DNA from: Patescibacteria group bacterium
GTDB lineage: Bacteria; Patescibacteriota; Patescibacteriia; XYB2-FULL-38-15
Reading direction: 5' to 3'
DNA: 64,000 nt
Assembly: GCA_041737355.1 (NCBI GenBank)
Contig: JBGSRW010000008.1
Location: 24,466-88,465, forward strand
Shown here: piece after piece, positions 17,306 through 26,918 of the stretch
How the letters are laid out: every line of letters starts with the position of its first letter
Numbering within the stretch: position 1 is the stretch's first letter
Made by a program: the position numbers and the translations under genes
The notes under the pieces: generated by a model
Database searches by the model: none
What the model saw: only the letters and a program-made list of their open reading frames with translations
Told to the model about the DNA's origin: nothing

Positions 17306-17437
17306 CCCCGTTAGAAGTCTTTGACGGAAAAATTTTTTAATAAAATTTTTCCTTGTGGCAGAACGGGGATTATACACGAATTTTTTCTTTTTTAAAAGAC
17401 GCAAATAAACATTTAAAATTATAAACTTCTAACGGGG
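17306..17437 (+). promoter_or_regulatory. pilD 5' leader with three mutually exclusive pairing elements (candidate translational attenuator/riboregulator)
   Basis: CCCCGTTAGAAGT (17306-17318) is the perfect reverse complement of ACTTCTAACGGGG (17425-17437), which abuts the start codon and contains the only SD-like GGGG. A middle decoy AACGGGG sits at 17362-17368. The 5' element can pair with either downstream copy. Confidence 0.35.
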
Positions 17438-17438
17438 T

Positions 17439-18224
17439 ATGGCGCTAATTATCGTCTTTATTTTTGGCTTAGTCATCGGAAGTTTTTTGAATGTCGTAAT
17501 CTGGAGACTGCATACGGGGGAATCGGCTCTAAAAGGCCGCTCTTATTGTCCGAAATGCAAGCACCGCTTGGATTTTTTTGATTTATTTCCGGTCATGAGT
17601 TTTGTAATCCAGGGAGGAAAGTGCCGTTATTGCCGCGAGTCAATTTCCTGGCAATATCCGTTTGTTGAATTGGCTACGGCCGCGCTTTTTGTCATGGCTT
17701 ATGTAATTTCCGATTTTTCCGCCGAAGGAGGATTGGTCTTGGGTAGGCAACTTTTAATTCTGCTGAAGTATTGGTTTGTTGTCTCCGCGATGATTATAGT
17801 TTTTGTTTATGACGCTAAACATTATTTGATTTTGGACAAAGTAATCTATCCCGCGGCAGCCGTCGCGTTTTTTGCCAGTCCGCTTCTTTCGGGAGACGTT
17901 TGGTGGCGGGGAATTCCGGACGGTCTTTTAGCGGCGGCGATCGGCGGCGGATTTTTTCTTTTTCAATATGCCGTGTCAAAAGGAAAATGGATTGGCGGAG
18001 GGGACGTAAAATTGGGATTTTTGATGGGTTTATTTTTAGGTGTTAAGGGTTTGCTTGTGGCTTTCTTTTTTTCTTATTGCCTCGGGGCCGTCGTCGGGCT
18101 TGGTCTTGTCGCGGCCGGCAGAAAAAACATGAAAGGCCAGCTTCCTTTCGGGACTTTTTTGGCCGCCGGAACCCTTATCGCTTTATTTTGGGCCGAACCG
18201 ATCTTGAAATGGTATTTAAATTAA
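17439..18224 (+). CDS. pilD: Prepilin peptidase / N-methyltransferase PilD (A24 family)
   Basis: N-terminal tetracysteine CPKCKHRLDFFDLFPV...GKCRYCRESISWQYP, multiple TMs, 261 aa. Confidence 0.9.
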   Translation: MALIIVFIFGLVIGSFLNVVIWRLHTGESALKGRSYCPKCKHRLDFFDLFPVMSFVIQGGKCRYCRESISWQYPFVELATAALFVMAYVISDFSAEGGLVLGRQLLILLKYWFVVSAMIIVFVYDAKHYLILDKVIYPAAAVAFFASPLLSGDVWWRGIPDGLLAAAIGGGFFLFQYAVSKGKWIGGGDVKLGFLMGLFLGVKGLLVAFFFSYCLGAVVGLGLVAAGRKNMKGQLPFGTFLAAGTLIALFWAEPILKWYLN

Positions 18225-18225
18225 A

Positions 18226-18741
18226 ATGAAAAAAGGTTTTACAATAATAGAGCTCCTGGTTGCCCTGGGTGTTTTTGTTGTCGTGACGGCCATGGTCGTT
18301 GCAAATTTCCGGGCCGGCGGCCGGAGCGACGAACTCCGAATCGCCGCCGAGACACTTATTTCCAACCTGAGAAAAGCCCAGAATATGTCCTTAGCCGGCC
18401 AGCTCACGAACGGCGTCAGCCCGCCAGGCGGTTACGGAGTTTATTTCAAATTGTCCGATGCCGATCGATATATTATTTTTTCGGACCTTGACGGAGATTT
18501 GGGATATACCGCGGGCGAAGCTCTTTTAGACGGAACAATAATTTTGCCAAAAGATATCAGAATTTCAAATATCCAGCCGGCAGCCGTCTCAAGTGCAATT
18601 TTTAAACCGCCAAAACCGGTTATTTATATCAATGGGGGAATTTCCGAGGCGACTCTTTCAGTGACCTTACAGCATAATTTGAGTGGCAAGACGCGGACTG
18701 TCACGGTTAAGAGAATTTCGGGACAAATCGGAACCGAATAA
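18226..18741 (+). CDS. Minor pilin / pseudopilin (prepilin-type N-terminus)
   Basis: MKKGFTIIELLVALGVFVVVTAMVVANF is a class III signal. Confidence 0.7.
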   Translation: MKKGFTIIELLVALGVFVVVTAMVVANFRAGGRSDELRIAAETLISNLRKAQNMSLAGQLTNGVSPPGGYGVYFKLSDADRYIIFSDLDGDLGYTAGEALLDGTIILPKDIRISNIQPAAVSSAIFKPPKPVIYINGGISEATLSVTLQHNLSGKTRTVTVKRISGQIGTE

Positions 18742-18747
18742 TTTTTT

Positions 18748-19350
18748 ATGGATTTTAATTATAAAAATTTAAAGTCTGAGACGGGTCAAAGCTTGGTGGA
18801 AATGATTATTGCCATCGCGATTATTTTAACCGGCTTGATCGGCGCGATTGCCTTGACTATCTCAAATTTAAGCGGATCGGCGGAAGCCGGAACCATGGTT
18901 GTCGCGACAAATTTGGCAAAAGAGGGGATCGAGGTGGCAAGAAATATCAGGGACGCGAATTGGTTAAAAAATTTGGCATGGGACAACGGTTTGTCTTCGG
19001 GCGCGGATTACACGGCAATAGCGGTTTTCAATCCGGCGACAAAACAATGGGGCCTCGATTTTTTACCAAACAGTATTTCCGACGCGGCGGCGAAACTTTA
19101 TCTTTCGGCGGATAATTTATATCTTCAAAACTCAACTCCGCCGGTAGGAAATCAGACGATTTATTCCAGAATTTTGACGTTCGGCCAAATTTGTTTTAAT
19201 ACATCAACTAAAACTGAAACTGTAAGCGACAGTCCTTGTGGAGGGGGAGAAAATAAAATCGGTATAAGAATAAAGGCCGATGTGGCTTGGATTTTGAGCG
19301 GGAAGTCGAGGAGTCTGACGGTTGAAGATAAAATTTACAACTGGCGGTAA
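18748..19350 (+). CDS. Minor pilin (PilV-like, prepilin-type N-terminus)
   Basis: GQSLVEMIIAIAIILTGLIGAIAL is a prepilin cleavage/methylation domain. Confidence 0.65.
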   Translation: MDFNYKNLKSETGQSLVEMIIAIAIILTGLIGAIALTISNLSGSAEAGTMVVATNLAKEGIEVARNIRDANWLKNLAWDNGLSSGADYTAIAVFNPATKQWGLDFLPNSISDAAAKLYLSADNLYLQNSTPPVGNQTIYSRILTFGQICFNTSTKTETVSDSPCGGGENKIGIRIKADVAWILSGKSRSLTVEDKIYNWR

Positions 19351-19351
19351 T

Positions 19352-19924
19352 ATGAATAAAAAGGGATTTACCTTGGTAGAAATGATGGTAGTTCTGGCAA
19401 TTTTTTCGGTTGCCACGGTTGTGGTTGTCGATATTTTTATGATGGCGTCGCGCGCCGAACGCCGGACTTTGGCTATTCAAAAAATCCAGTCCGACGCGCG
19501 TTATTCGCTAGAAGCCATGGCGCGGGAAATCAGGATGGACATGATTGATTACGATTATTACAACGGAACAATAAATGAAGTGCCAAGCGGAACTTTGGCT
19601 TTGCGCGACCAGGACGACAACCAGATAATTTTCAAAAAAAGCAATGGGAATTGTCCGATCGGTACGACGAATTGCCTGGTTGTTTCTTTGGATGGTACAA
19701 ACTGGGAAAGCATCACTGCCCCGGGAATTGATGTGCTTGATCTAAAATTTTATATTGATCCGACGGTTGATCCATTTAAACCTAACGCCGGTTTTACTTA
19801 CGATTCGGATAATCATCCCAGAGTAACGATTGTTCTTGTGTCAAAAGGCGTCGGCGGGCGTCCGGACGAGCAGCAGACAGTATATTTGCAGACGACCGTT
19901 TCAAATAGAATTTATAGAAGATAA
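19352..19924 (+). CDS. Minor pilin (PilW-like, prepilin-type N-terminus)
   Basis: MNKKGFTLVEMMVVLAIFSVATVVVV. Start reassigned to ATG 19352, just after the upstream stop. Confidence 0.65.
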   Translation: MNKKGFTLVEMMVVLAIFSVATVVVVDIFMMASRAERRTLAIQKIQSDARYSLEAMAREIRMDMIDYDYYNGTINEVPSGTLALRDQDDNQIIFKKSNGNCPIGTTNCLVVSLDGTNWESITAPGIDVLDLKFYIDPTVDPFKPNAGFTYDSDNHPRVTIVLVSKGVGGRPDEQQTVYLQTTVSNRIYRR

Positions 19925-19930
19925 AAAGCA

Positions 19931-20791
19931 ATGAGAAAAAAAAGATTTAAAAAACAAACGGGCAACGTACTTCTTTTGTCTTTACTCGTCATGGCGGGGA
20001 TTATGACGGCCGGGCTTGGCATTGGTGCGATTATTATAAATGAAATAAGGCAGGCGCGGAATATTGATTTTTCGGCTCTGGCCTATTACGCCGCCGAGTC
20101 GGGAGTCGAACAGGCGCTATACAAACTTCGGAAAGAGGAAGCGCTCCTAAATTGTCCGGCCGGAGTTTGCGGTGGGAACGGTTTTTGCACTACGGGAAAC
20201 CAGGAGCCGTGCTTGAAGAATAGCGAAAATTTGAGTAATCAATCCTCTTGGACAAGAGCCGTAACCGATAAGGAATGGCAAATTTATGGTAAAATCAAAA
20301 AAGACGAAACGCTCCAGGTAGATCTTTACGATCCGGAAGGAACCTCGGCGGCCGGAGTTGAATCGGTCAAGATCCAGTGGACACCGCAATGCGTCCCGCC
20401 GGCCGTTTCAACGATCGAGATTTCCTACATTGCCTGGAATCCGGCAACCGGTTGGTCGCAAGATACGGAAAAGAAATTCAAATATTCCGCCTTGGCAAGC
20501 CCGGTGATTAATAACGGTTTCAGCAACGTTAAATCTTACCGGATGAGAATTAAATCGCTTTACTGCGATATCAGTAATTTGATAGTCACTGCCTGGGGAA
20601 ACGACAATGCCAACGTACCACAGGTACAGATTCCGGCGAGGATTGTTTTGAATTCAACCGGACAGTACAGCAATCTCCGCCAGGCGATTAAAATGACTAT
20701 GCCGCGGAAATCGCCGATGTCGGGATTGTACGACTATGTTTTATTCAGTGAGTGTTCTTTGGTTAAAGGCGAGGCGGCAACTTGTCCGTAA
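19931..20791 (+). CDS. PilX-like minor pilin / pilus-associated protein
   Basis: N-terminal hydrophobic segment QTGNVLLLSLLVMAGIMTAGLGIGAIIINEIRQAR resembles the PilX N-terminal domain. Cys-rich periplasmic part. 286 aa. Confidence 0.6.
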   Translation: MRKKRFKKQTGNVLLLSLLVMAGIMTAGLGIGAIIINEIRQARNIDFSALAYYAAESGVEQALYKLRKEEALLNCPAGVCGGNGFCTTGNQEPCLKNSENLSNQSSWTRAVTDKEWQIYGKIKKDETLQVDLYDPEGTSAAGVESVKIQWTPQCVPPAVSTIEISYIAWNPATGWSQDTEKKFKYSALASPVINNGFSNVKSYRMRIKSLYCDISNLIVTAWGNDNANVPQVQIPARIVLNSTGQYSNLRQAIKMTMPRKSPMSGLYDYVLFSECSLVKGEAATCP

Positions 20792-20796
20792 AAATT

Positions 20797-22872
20797 ATGA
20801 ACAAAGAAGAAGCTAAAAAAAGAATAGAAAAATTAAAAGCGGAAATAGATCACCACCGCTATCTTTATCATGTCCTGGACCGTCAGGAGATTTCCGACGC
20901 GGCGTTGGATTCCTTAAAGCACGAATTGTATAAACTGGAGCAGGAATTTCCCGAATTTATAACTTCCGATTCGCCGACCCAAAGAGTCGGAGGCGAACCA
21001 TTGCCGGAATTTAAAAAATGGCAGCATGGAACGCCGATGCTTTCGATCGAGGATGTTTTTAGCGAAGAAGAATTGCTCGACTGGAAAAATCGGATTCAAA
21101 AATTAACACCGAACGAAGAATTCAATTATTACGCGGAAATAAAAATGGACGGCCTGGCCATGTCTTTGGTTTATGAAAAAGGTTACTTGAAAGTCGGTGC
21201 GACGCGGGGAGACGGGAAGACGGGGGAGGATGTGACTAATAATTTGAAAACAATTGAGGCGATTCCCTTGCAGCTTAGAATTCCTGAAGAAAAGGAAATC
21301 GACGAATTTATAAGAAAATTTGGCAAAGACGGTCTGGACGAGAAAAAATTACGCCAGTCTCTTAAAAAATTGCCGGAAAGAGTCGAAGCGCGCGGCGAGG
21401 CTTTCATGACTAAAAAAGTTTTTGACGGATTGAACAAGGCGCAGGAGGCATCCGGTCTTCCGGTTTTTGCCAATCCCCGTAACGCGGCGGCTGGCAGCAT
21501 AAGGCAGCTCGATTCAAAAATTACCGCCAGCCGGAAACTCGATTTTTACGGCTATGCGCTTTTGACTGATTTTGGTCAGACGACTCATGAGCAAATCCAC
21601 GAAATTTTGAAGTTAATTGGCATTAAAGTTAATCCCCTTAACCGATCTTGCAAAAACCTTGATGAAGTCCTGGCTTATCATGAAGAAATCGGCAAAAAGC
21701 GGCCGCATCTCCCGTATTGGACCGACGGGGTGGTTGTGAATATCAATAAAATTAAAACTTTGGAAAAACTGGGCGTAGTCGGCAAAACGCCGCGCGGCAT
21801 GATCGCTTTTAAGTTTCCCCCGGAGCAGGCGACAACAATTGTCCGCGAAGTGGTTTGGCAGGTCGGGCGGACCGGAGCCGTGACGCCGGTTGCGGTTATG
21901 GATCCGGTTTTTATTGCCGGAACGACCGTAACACATTCGACGCTACATAACATGGATGAAATTGAACGGCTCGGCTTGAAAGTAGGGGACACGGTGATTA
22001 TTGAAAAGGCCGGCGATGTGATTCCAAAAGTGGTAAAAGTTCTGCCCAATCTCAGGACCGGAAAGGAAAAGAAAATCAGCCCGCCTGCGGCTTGTCCGCG
22101 TTGCGAAACAAAACTGGTCCATGAAGACGGCGAGGTGGCGATTTATTGTCCTAACAAAAAATGTTTTGCCCGTTCAATGCGGCAGATCAGATATTTCGTT
22201 TCCAAAAAAGCTTTTAACATAGATGGACTGGGTAATAAAATTGTTGAGCGGTTTTTGGACGAAGGATTGATCCGCGACGCGGCCGACATTTTTGAACTGG
22301 AAGCTGGCGATATTTTGCCGCTGGAGAGGTTCGCGGAAAAGTCGGCGGCTAATTTAATCGAAGCGATTGAAAAAAGCAAAAAAATTCCCCTGAGCCGTTT
22401 TATTTTTTCTTTGGGGATACGCCATGTCGGCGAAGAAACCGCGGTTGATCTGGCCAATTATTTCGGCAGTTTGGAAAAGCTCGAAAACGCAAATCTTGAA
22501 ACGCTCCAGGCCGTGCCAAATATCGGCGGAGTAATGGCCGAAAGTATTTTGGAATGGTTCTGCGACAAAGGTAATGAAGATTTTTTAGAGAGATTGCTAA
22601 AACATGTTTCTATTATCAAGCCCGTCGCTACCAAAAAAATTTGGCAGGGCTTGAAATTTGTTCTGACCGGAAGTCTGGAGAGCCTGACCCGCGACCAGGC
22701 CAAAGAAAAAATAAAGATGATGGGCGGCGATGTGGTAAGCTCGGTATCGCGCGAAACCGATTATGTCGTAGCCGGCAGCGATCCGGGGTCAAAATACGAT
22801 TACGCGCAGCGGCTCGGAGTGAAAATAATTGATGAAAAAGAATTTCTAAAAATGCTGGAAAAGGCTGGTTAA
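20797..22872 (+). CDS. ligA: NAD-dependent DNA ligase LigA
   Basis: Adenylation motif KMDGLA, OB fold, Zn finger CPRCETKLVHEDGEVAIYCPN, HhH and BRCT domains. ORF-track start 20782 (alternative start codon) replaced by ATG 20797. Confidence 0.9.
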   Translation: MNKEEAKKRIEKLKAEIDHHRYLYHVLDRQEISDAALDSLKHELYKLEQEFPEFITSDSPTQRVGGEPLPEFKKWQHGTPMLSIEDVFSEEELLDWKNRIQKLTPNEEFNYYAEIKMDGLAMSLVYEKGYLKVGATRGDGKTGEDVTNNLKTIEAIPLQLRIPEEKEIDEFIRKFGKDGLDEKKLRQSLKKLPERVEARGEAFMTKKVFDGLNKAQEASGLPVFANPRNAAAGSIRQLDSKITASRKLDFYGYALLTDFGQTTHEQIHEILKLIGIKVNPLNRSCKNLDEVLAYHEEIGKKRPHLPYWTDGVVVNINKIKTLEKLGVVGKTPRGMIAFKFPPEQATTIVREVVWQVGRTGAVTPVAVMDPVFIAGTTVTHSTLHNMDEIERLGLKVGDTVIIEKAGDVIPKVVKVLPNLRTGKEKKISPPAACPRCETKLVHEDGEVAIYCPNKKCFARSMRQIRYFVSKKAFNIDGLGNKIVERFLDEGLIRDAADIFELEAGDILPLERFAEKSAANLIEAIEKSKKIPLSRFIFSLGIRHVGEETAVDLANYFGSLEKLENANLETLQAVPNIGGVMAESILEWFCDKGNEDFLERLLKHVSIIKPVATKKIWQGLKFVLTGSLESLTRDQAKEKIKMMGGDVVSSVSRETDYVVAGSDPGSKYDYAQRLGVKIIDEKEFLKMLEKAG

Positions 22873-22888
22873 TTAACAATGACGGTAG

Positions 22889-22894
22889 TATAAT
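22889..22894 (+). promoter_or_regulatory. -10 TATAAT (TAGTATAAT) 8 nt upstream of the gatC ATG; possible leaderless start
   Basis: TATAAT at 22889-22894, ATG at 22903. Confidence 0.3.
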
Positions 22895-22902
22895 AAGCCA
22901 AT

Positions 22903-23196
22903 ATGAAGTTAGCCAAACAAGAAGTCGAACATATTGCAAAATTGGCGAGGCTGGAGTTGACGGAAAAGGAAAAGGAGAAATTTGCTATTCAGCTTTCTTC
23001 CATTTTAGGTTATGTCCAAAATTTGCAAAAAGTAGATTTGAGCAAGGCGGAGCCCACAGCGCAGGTAACCGGACTCCAAAGTGTCAGCCGGCCGGATGAG
23101 GTTAAAAAATGCGATGAGGAAACAATGAAAAAATTGGTTGAAGCCGCGCCCGAGCGAATTGATAATTTGGTCAAAGTAAAAGCGGTTTTTGAATAA
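22903..23196 (+). CDS. gatC: Asp/Glu-tRNA amidotransferase subunit C
   Basis: 97 aa. MKLAKQEVEHIAKLARLELTEKEKEKF is typical of GatC. Confidence 0.85.
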   Translation: MKLAKQEVEHIAKLARLELTEKEKEKFAIQLSSILGYVQNLQKVDLSKAEPTAQVTGLQSVSRPDEVKKCDEETMKKLVEAAPERIDNLVKVKAVFE

Positions 23197-23197
23197 T

Positions 23198-24595
23198 ATG
23201 AAATTGAATGAACTTACAATTAAAGAAGCGCACGAAGGATTGTTGAAGAAAAAATTTACTTCGGTTGAATTGACTGAGGCCTGTTTAGTCGAGATAAAAA
23301 AGCTGAATAAAAAGCTCAACGTTTTTGTTACTGTTACCGAATATGAGGCGATTGAAGCGGCCAAAGCGGTTGATAAAAAAATCGCAAAAGGCGGAAAGAT
23401 AGGAATTCTGGAAGGCATTCCCGCGGCGATCAAAGACAATATTTTGGTCAGAGATATCCGTTGTACGGCGGCCTCAAGGATTTTAGAAAACTATGTCGCT
23501 CCATACGATGCCACGGTTATAGAAAAATTAAAATCGGCCGGGGCAATAATTTTGGGGAAAACCAATCTGGACGAATTTGCCATGGGCGGCTCGACGGAAA
23601 ATTCGTATTTCGGTCCGACAAAAAATCCGCATGATCCGGCGTGCGTTTCCGGCGGATCCTCCGGCGGTTCGGCCGCGGCAGTGGCAGCCAATATGTGCAT
23701 TTGGGCGCTTGGCTCGGACACCGGCGGTTCGGTCCGAGAGCCGGCGTCTTTTTGCGGAGTGACCGGCATGAAGCCGACTTACGGCGCTGTTTCCCGCTAC
23801 GGCCTGATGGCCATGGCTTCGAGTTTGGACCAAATCGGGCCGATTACGAAAAACGCGGAGGACGCGGAGATTATTTTTGAGGCAATCCGGGGCAAGGACA
23901 AGATGGATTCCACAACGGTTGAAAGGGAAATAAAGAAAAATAACAAGATATTAAAAATCGGCTTGCCGAAAGAATATTTTGCCGAAGGGCTGGACAGCAA
24001 AGTGGAAAAGAAAATCAGGGAAGCGGTGGCAAAACTTGAAGGAGTCGGAATAAAAATTCAGGAAGTAAGCTTACCGCACACCGAATATTCGCTGGCGGTT
24101 TATTACTTGATTATGCCGGCCGAGGTTTCCTCAAATCTCGCGCGCTACGACGGGGTAAGATACGGCTACAGCACCAAAAAATCAAAAACACTTCTGGAAA
24201 ATTATTTGAAAAGCCGGGCCGAAGGTTTTGGCGACGAAGCGAAGCGCAGAATCATGCTTGGGACTTACGCCCTTTCGGCCGGATATTATGACGCATATTA
24301 TTTGCAGGCACAAAAGATGCGGACCTTGATTCGGCAGGATTTCGAAAAAGTTTTCAAGGAAGTTGATTGCCTTATCACTCCGACCGCGCCGACAACCGCT
24401 TTCAAAATCGGAGAAAAAATCAATGATCCGCTGACAATGTATCTTGCCGATATTTATACTGTTTCCGCCAATGTTGCCGGAGTCCCGGCCATTTCCGTTC
24501 CCTGCGGCTTAGCCAATAAAATGCCGGTCGGTTTGCAGATTATGGCGTCGTGGTTTAACGAAGAAAAATTATTCCAAGCAGCTAAATTAATTTAA
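23198..24595 (+). CDS. gatA: Asp/Glu-tRNA amidotransferase subunit A (amidase)
   Basis: Amidase signature GGSSGGSAAAVAA and catalytic Ser-cisSer-Lys context. 465 aa. Confidence 0.9.
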   Translation: MKLNELTIKEAHEGLLKKKFTSVELTEACLVEIKKLNKKLNVFVTVTEYEAIEAAKAVDKKIAKGGKIGILEGIPAAIKDNILVRDIRCTAASRILENYVAPYDATVIEKLKSAGAIILGKTNLDEFAMGGSTENSYFGPTKNPHDPACVSGGSSGGSAAAVAANMCIWALGSDTGGSVREPASFCGVTGMKPTYGAVSRYGLMAMASSLDQIGPITKNAEDAEIIFEAIRGKDKMDSTTVEREIKKNNKILKIGLPKEYFAEGLDSKVEKKIREAVAKLEGVGIKIQEVSLPHTEYSLAVYYLIMPAEVSSNLARYDGVRYGYSTKKSKTLLENYLKSRAEGFGDEAKRRIMLGTYALSAGYYDAYYLQAQKMRTLIRQDFEKVFKEVDCLITPTAPTTAFKIGEKINDPLTMYLADIYTVSANVAGVPAISVPCGLANKMPVGLQIMASWFNEEKLFQAAKLI

Positions 24596-24599
24596 AAAT

Positions 24600-25187
24600 A
24601 TGCTTAAACCAGCAAGTTTTAAAAAAGGAAAAACAACCAGCCAATATACGCCAAAAAAATCAAAGGCAGACAAGATAACGGCCGGACATACGCCGCGCGT
24701 TGCCCCGAGCTGGTATGAGGCAGAAGTGAAAAAGAAAAAAACGATCCGGCAATGTTCGCGCTGCGGGGCGGTTTATCTTGATAATCATTGGCACACCATT
24801 CCCGATTTTGCGAAAATTTACGCAATGTCTTTGCTCAAAAAAGAAATCATTAAGGAACTATGTGCCGAGTGCAAGTGGGTTGTCGGAGGCAAGAACAAAA
24901 CCGGCTGGGAAGGGGAGTTGATTTTGGAAAATTTGGTTTCCGAAGAAAAAAGTGAAATTTTAAATCTGGCCAGAAATGTTGGGATCCGCGCTACTTTGCG
25001 CGATCCGGAAGACCAAATTATAAAAATTGAAGATACGGGTGATAAAGTCAGGATTACCACCACGGAGAATCAACTGGCAGTCTCGATCGGCAAGCAAATT
25101 GCGAGCGCTTTCAAGGGTGGGAAGTTGGAAATTATTTGGTCCGACGAAGACGCGCCGGCAAGAGTCAGATGGATGAGAAAAAAATAA
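24600..25187 (+). CDS. Hypothetical zinc-ribbon protein (CxxC...CxxC), possibly NMD3-like fold
   Basis: CSRCGAVYLDNHWH...CAECKWVVGG followed by a beta-rich C-terminal domain. No confident family assignment. Confidence 0.5.
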   Translation: MLKPASFKKGKTTSQYTPKKSKADKITAGHTPRVAPSWYEAEVKKKKTIRQCSRCGAVYLDNHWHTIPDFAKIYAMSLLKKEIIKELCAECKWVVGGKNKTGWEGELILENLVSEEKSEILNLARNVGIRATLRDPEDQIIKIEDTGDKVRITTTENQLAVSIGKQIASAFKGGKLEIIWSDEDAPARVRWMRKK

Positions 25188-25188
25188 A

Positions 25189-25650
25189 ATGGACATAACG
25201 CTTCAATTTAATATTATTACGCTTCTGAAGACGATCGCCGTCGTTGTTGTCGCCGGTATTTTTATTTTTTTTATTTATCGCGGATACAAAGCGATTACAA
25301 TTTTTTTTAAAAGCAAGGAGTATAATCTCGATAAAAAGGGGATTGGGAAAAGGTGGCAGGAGATAGAGGCAATGCTCGGGCAGCCCGGCGAGATGAATTA
25401 TAAATTGGCGGTGATGGAAGCGGACAAACTCCTGGATTTTGTTTTGAAATCAATGTCCATGTCGGGGGGCGATATGGGGCAGAGAATCAGGTTTGCCAGT
25501 TTTAAATATAGACGGCTTAGAAAAGTTTGGTGGGCGCATCTTTTACGGAACCAACTTGTTCATGAAGCGACTTTTTCTCTGAATCACGGTACGGCAAAAA
25601 AAGCGATAAAAACTTTTGAGACGGCTCTTCGGGAGCTGGGTGCGCTATAA
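25189..25650 (+). CDS. Hypothetical membrane protein
   Basis: N-terminal TM (LLKTIAVVVVAGIFIFFIY), 153 aa. Confidence 0.5.
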   Translation: MDITLQFNIITLLKTIAVVVVAGIFIFFIYRGYKAITIFFKSKEYNLDKKGIGKRWQEIEAMLGQPGEMNYKLAVMEADKLLDFVLKSMSMSGGDMGQRIRFASFKYRRLRKVWWAHLLRNQLVHEATFSLNHGTAKKAIKTFETALRELGAL

Positions 25651-25740
25651 AATTATATTATTAGATTTTGAGCAATCTCTGTGAAGTTGAGGTTGCATTT
25701 TTTTGGGTTCGTTGCAATATAAAATGATGGAGGAAGGAGA

Positions 25741-26808
25741 ATGCGAATGCCAAAGGGTAGAAGGCCGCACACTGTGCTTTGCGCTAACCGGCGAGCCGGC
25801 TGGCGCTTTGAACAATGGTCGGAGTTGGACCAGTGGAGCCTCGAGGCCGGCATCAGAACATATGCCCTATCAGAGATCGAAGAGCTCGATCCCGTCATCG
25901 CGAATTTCGATGACGAGACGCTGCTTCTCCTGATTTACGGCGGGGACGGAACCCTGCTTCAGATTATGAACAGCTTGCTCCGGCGCAAACGGCGCAAGGG
26001 CAAGCCAAAGCCGAAAATGCCGATCATTGTGCCCGTCGGAGGAGGCACGATGAAACGCCTGCCGCGCTGGGCGCTTTGGAACGGCACGCCGGCTGAAAAT
26101 GCCATGACAGCCCTTGAACTTTTCGAGGGCAAGCGTCTGCCGTACCTGCCTCTTCCCTTGCTAAAAGTGGAGTGGGGTGGGCAATGCTACTTCGCGGTCA
26201 CTCTCATGGCTGGAGCCTTGGTTCGTATCATGCAGGAGTACTCGCGTTTCAAGACAACGCCGGCAATTGCCGGACTTTTTTCCGCCGGAGCCTTGGCCGC
26301 CGCGGCCTTTGACAGGCCAAAGTTTTTCACCAGACTCTACGGGCAAATCCGGGCCAAGGTGACCTCCGACGGAGAGGTTCTCGGGACCGAACGGTTCATT
26401 GTCGTGATTCGTGACGTTCTCGAGGAATTGATTTTCTCGATCAAACCGTACAAGGGAATCTGCGCGCCGGGCCAGTCCTTCTCTCTGGCCTACGCCATCG
26501 ACTACCACGAGGTGGCGCGAAAGTTTCCTTGGATTGTTGCGGGAGCGGTTCCCGGCAACGACCCCCGGTATTTCAATCGGCCGGCAAGTTTAACCGTAAT
26601 CGAGCCGCACGAGGAGATTCCCTTTACGCTCGACGGCGAATACTTTACGGCCAAGCCGGGCGAGACCATCAAGGTTTCCCAGGGGCCGGAAGTAAGAGTT
26701 GCCGTTAACCCGTTCGTTCATCTGACTCTTCTGAAACGGTTTTTGAATCGCGGCAGAAGCTTGAAGGAGGTCGTGAGTTACATTTTTCCTACGCCGAGAA
26801 AGAACTAG
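25741..26808 (+). CDS. Lipid kinase, diacylglycerol-kinase catalytic domain family (YegS/DgkB-like), high GC
   Basis: Signature LLLIYGGDGTLLQIMNSL (GGDGT motif of DAGK_cat). RBS GGAGGAAGGAG. GC much higher than flanking genes. Confidence 0.7.
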   Translation: MRMPKGRRPHTVLCANRRAGWRFEQWSELDQWSLEAGIRTYALSEIEELDPVIANFDDETLLLLIYGGDGTLLQIMNSLLRRKRRKGKPKPKMPIIVPVGGGTMKRLPRWALWNGTPAENAMTALELFEGKRLPYLPLPLLKVEWGGQCYFAVTLMAGALVRIMQEYSRFKTTPAIAGLFSAGALAAAAFDRPKFFTRLYGQIRAKVTSDGEVLGTERFIVVIRDVLEELIFSIKPYKGICAPGQSFSLAYAIDYHEVARKFPWIVAGAVPGNDPRYFNRPASLTVIEPHEEIPFTLDGEYFTAKPGETIKVSQGPEVRVAVNPFVHLTLLKRFLNRGRSLKEVVSYIFPTPRKN

Positions 26809-26823
26809 GCGTGAGGCCGTATA

Positions 26824-26851
26824 AGCGGATTTGAGGAATCCGCTTTTTTTA
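26824..26851 (+). terminator. Rho-independent terminator after the lipid kinase gene
   Basis: AGCGGATT-TGAGG-AATCCGCT 8-bp stem followed by TTTTTTT. Confidence 0.7.
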
Positions 26852-26869
26852 TTCCTTGCTGTTGTTTTT

Positions 26870-26880
26870 TGTGCTATAAT
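26870..26880 (+). promoter_or_regulatory. Extended -10 promoter TGTGCTATAAT upstream of the two-gene operon 26919-30329
   Basis: TGnTATAAT about 40 nt upstream of ATG 26919. Confidence 0.45.
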
Positions 26881-26918
26881 ATAAATGGATATCTTTATGG
26901 TGATATTATCCGATTTTT

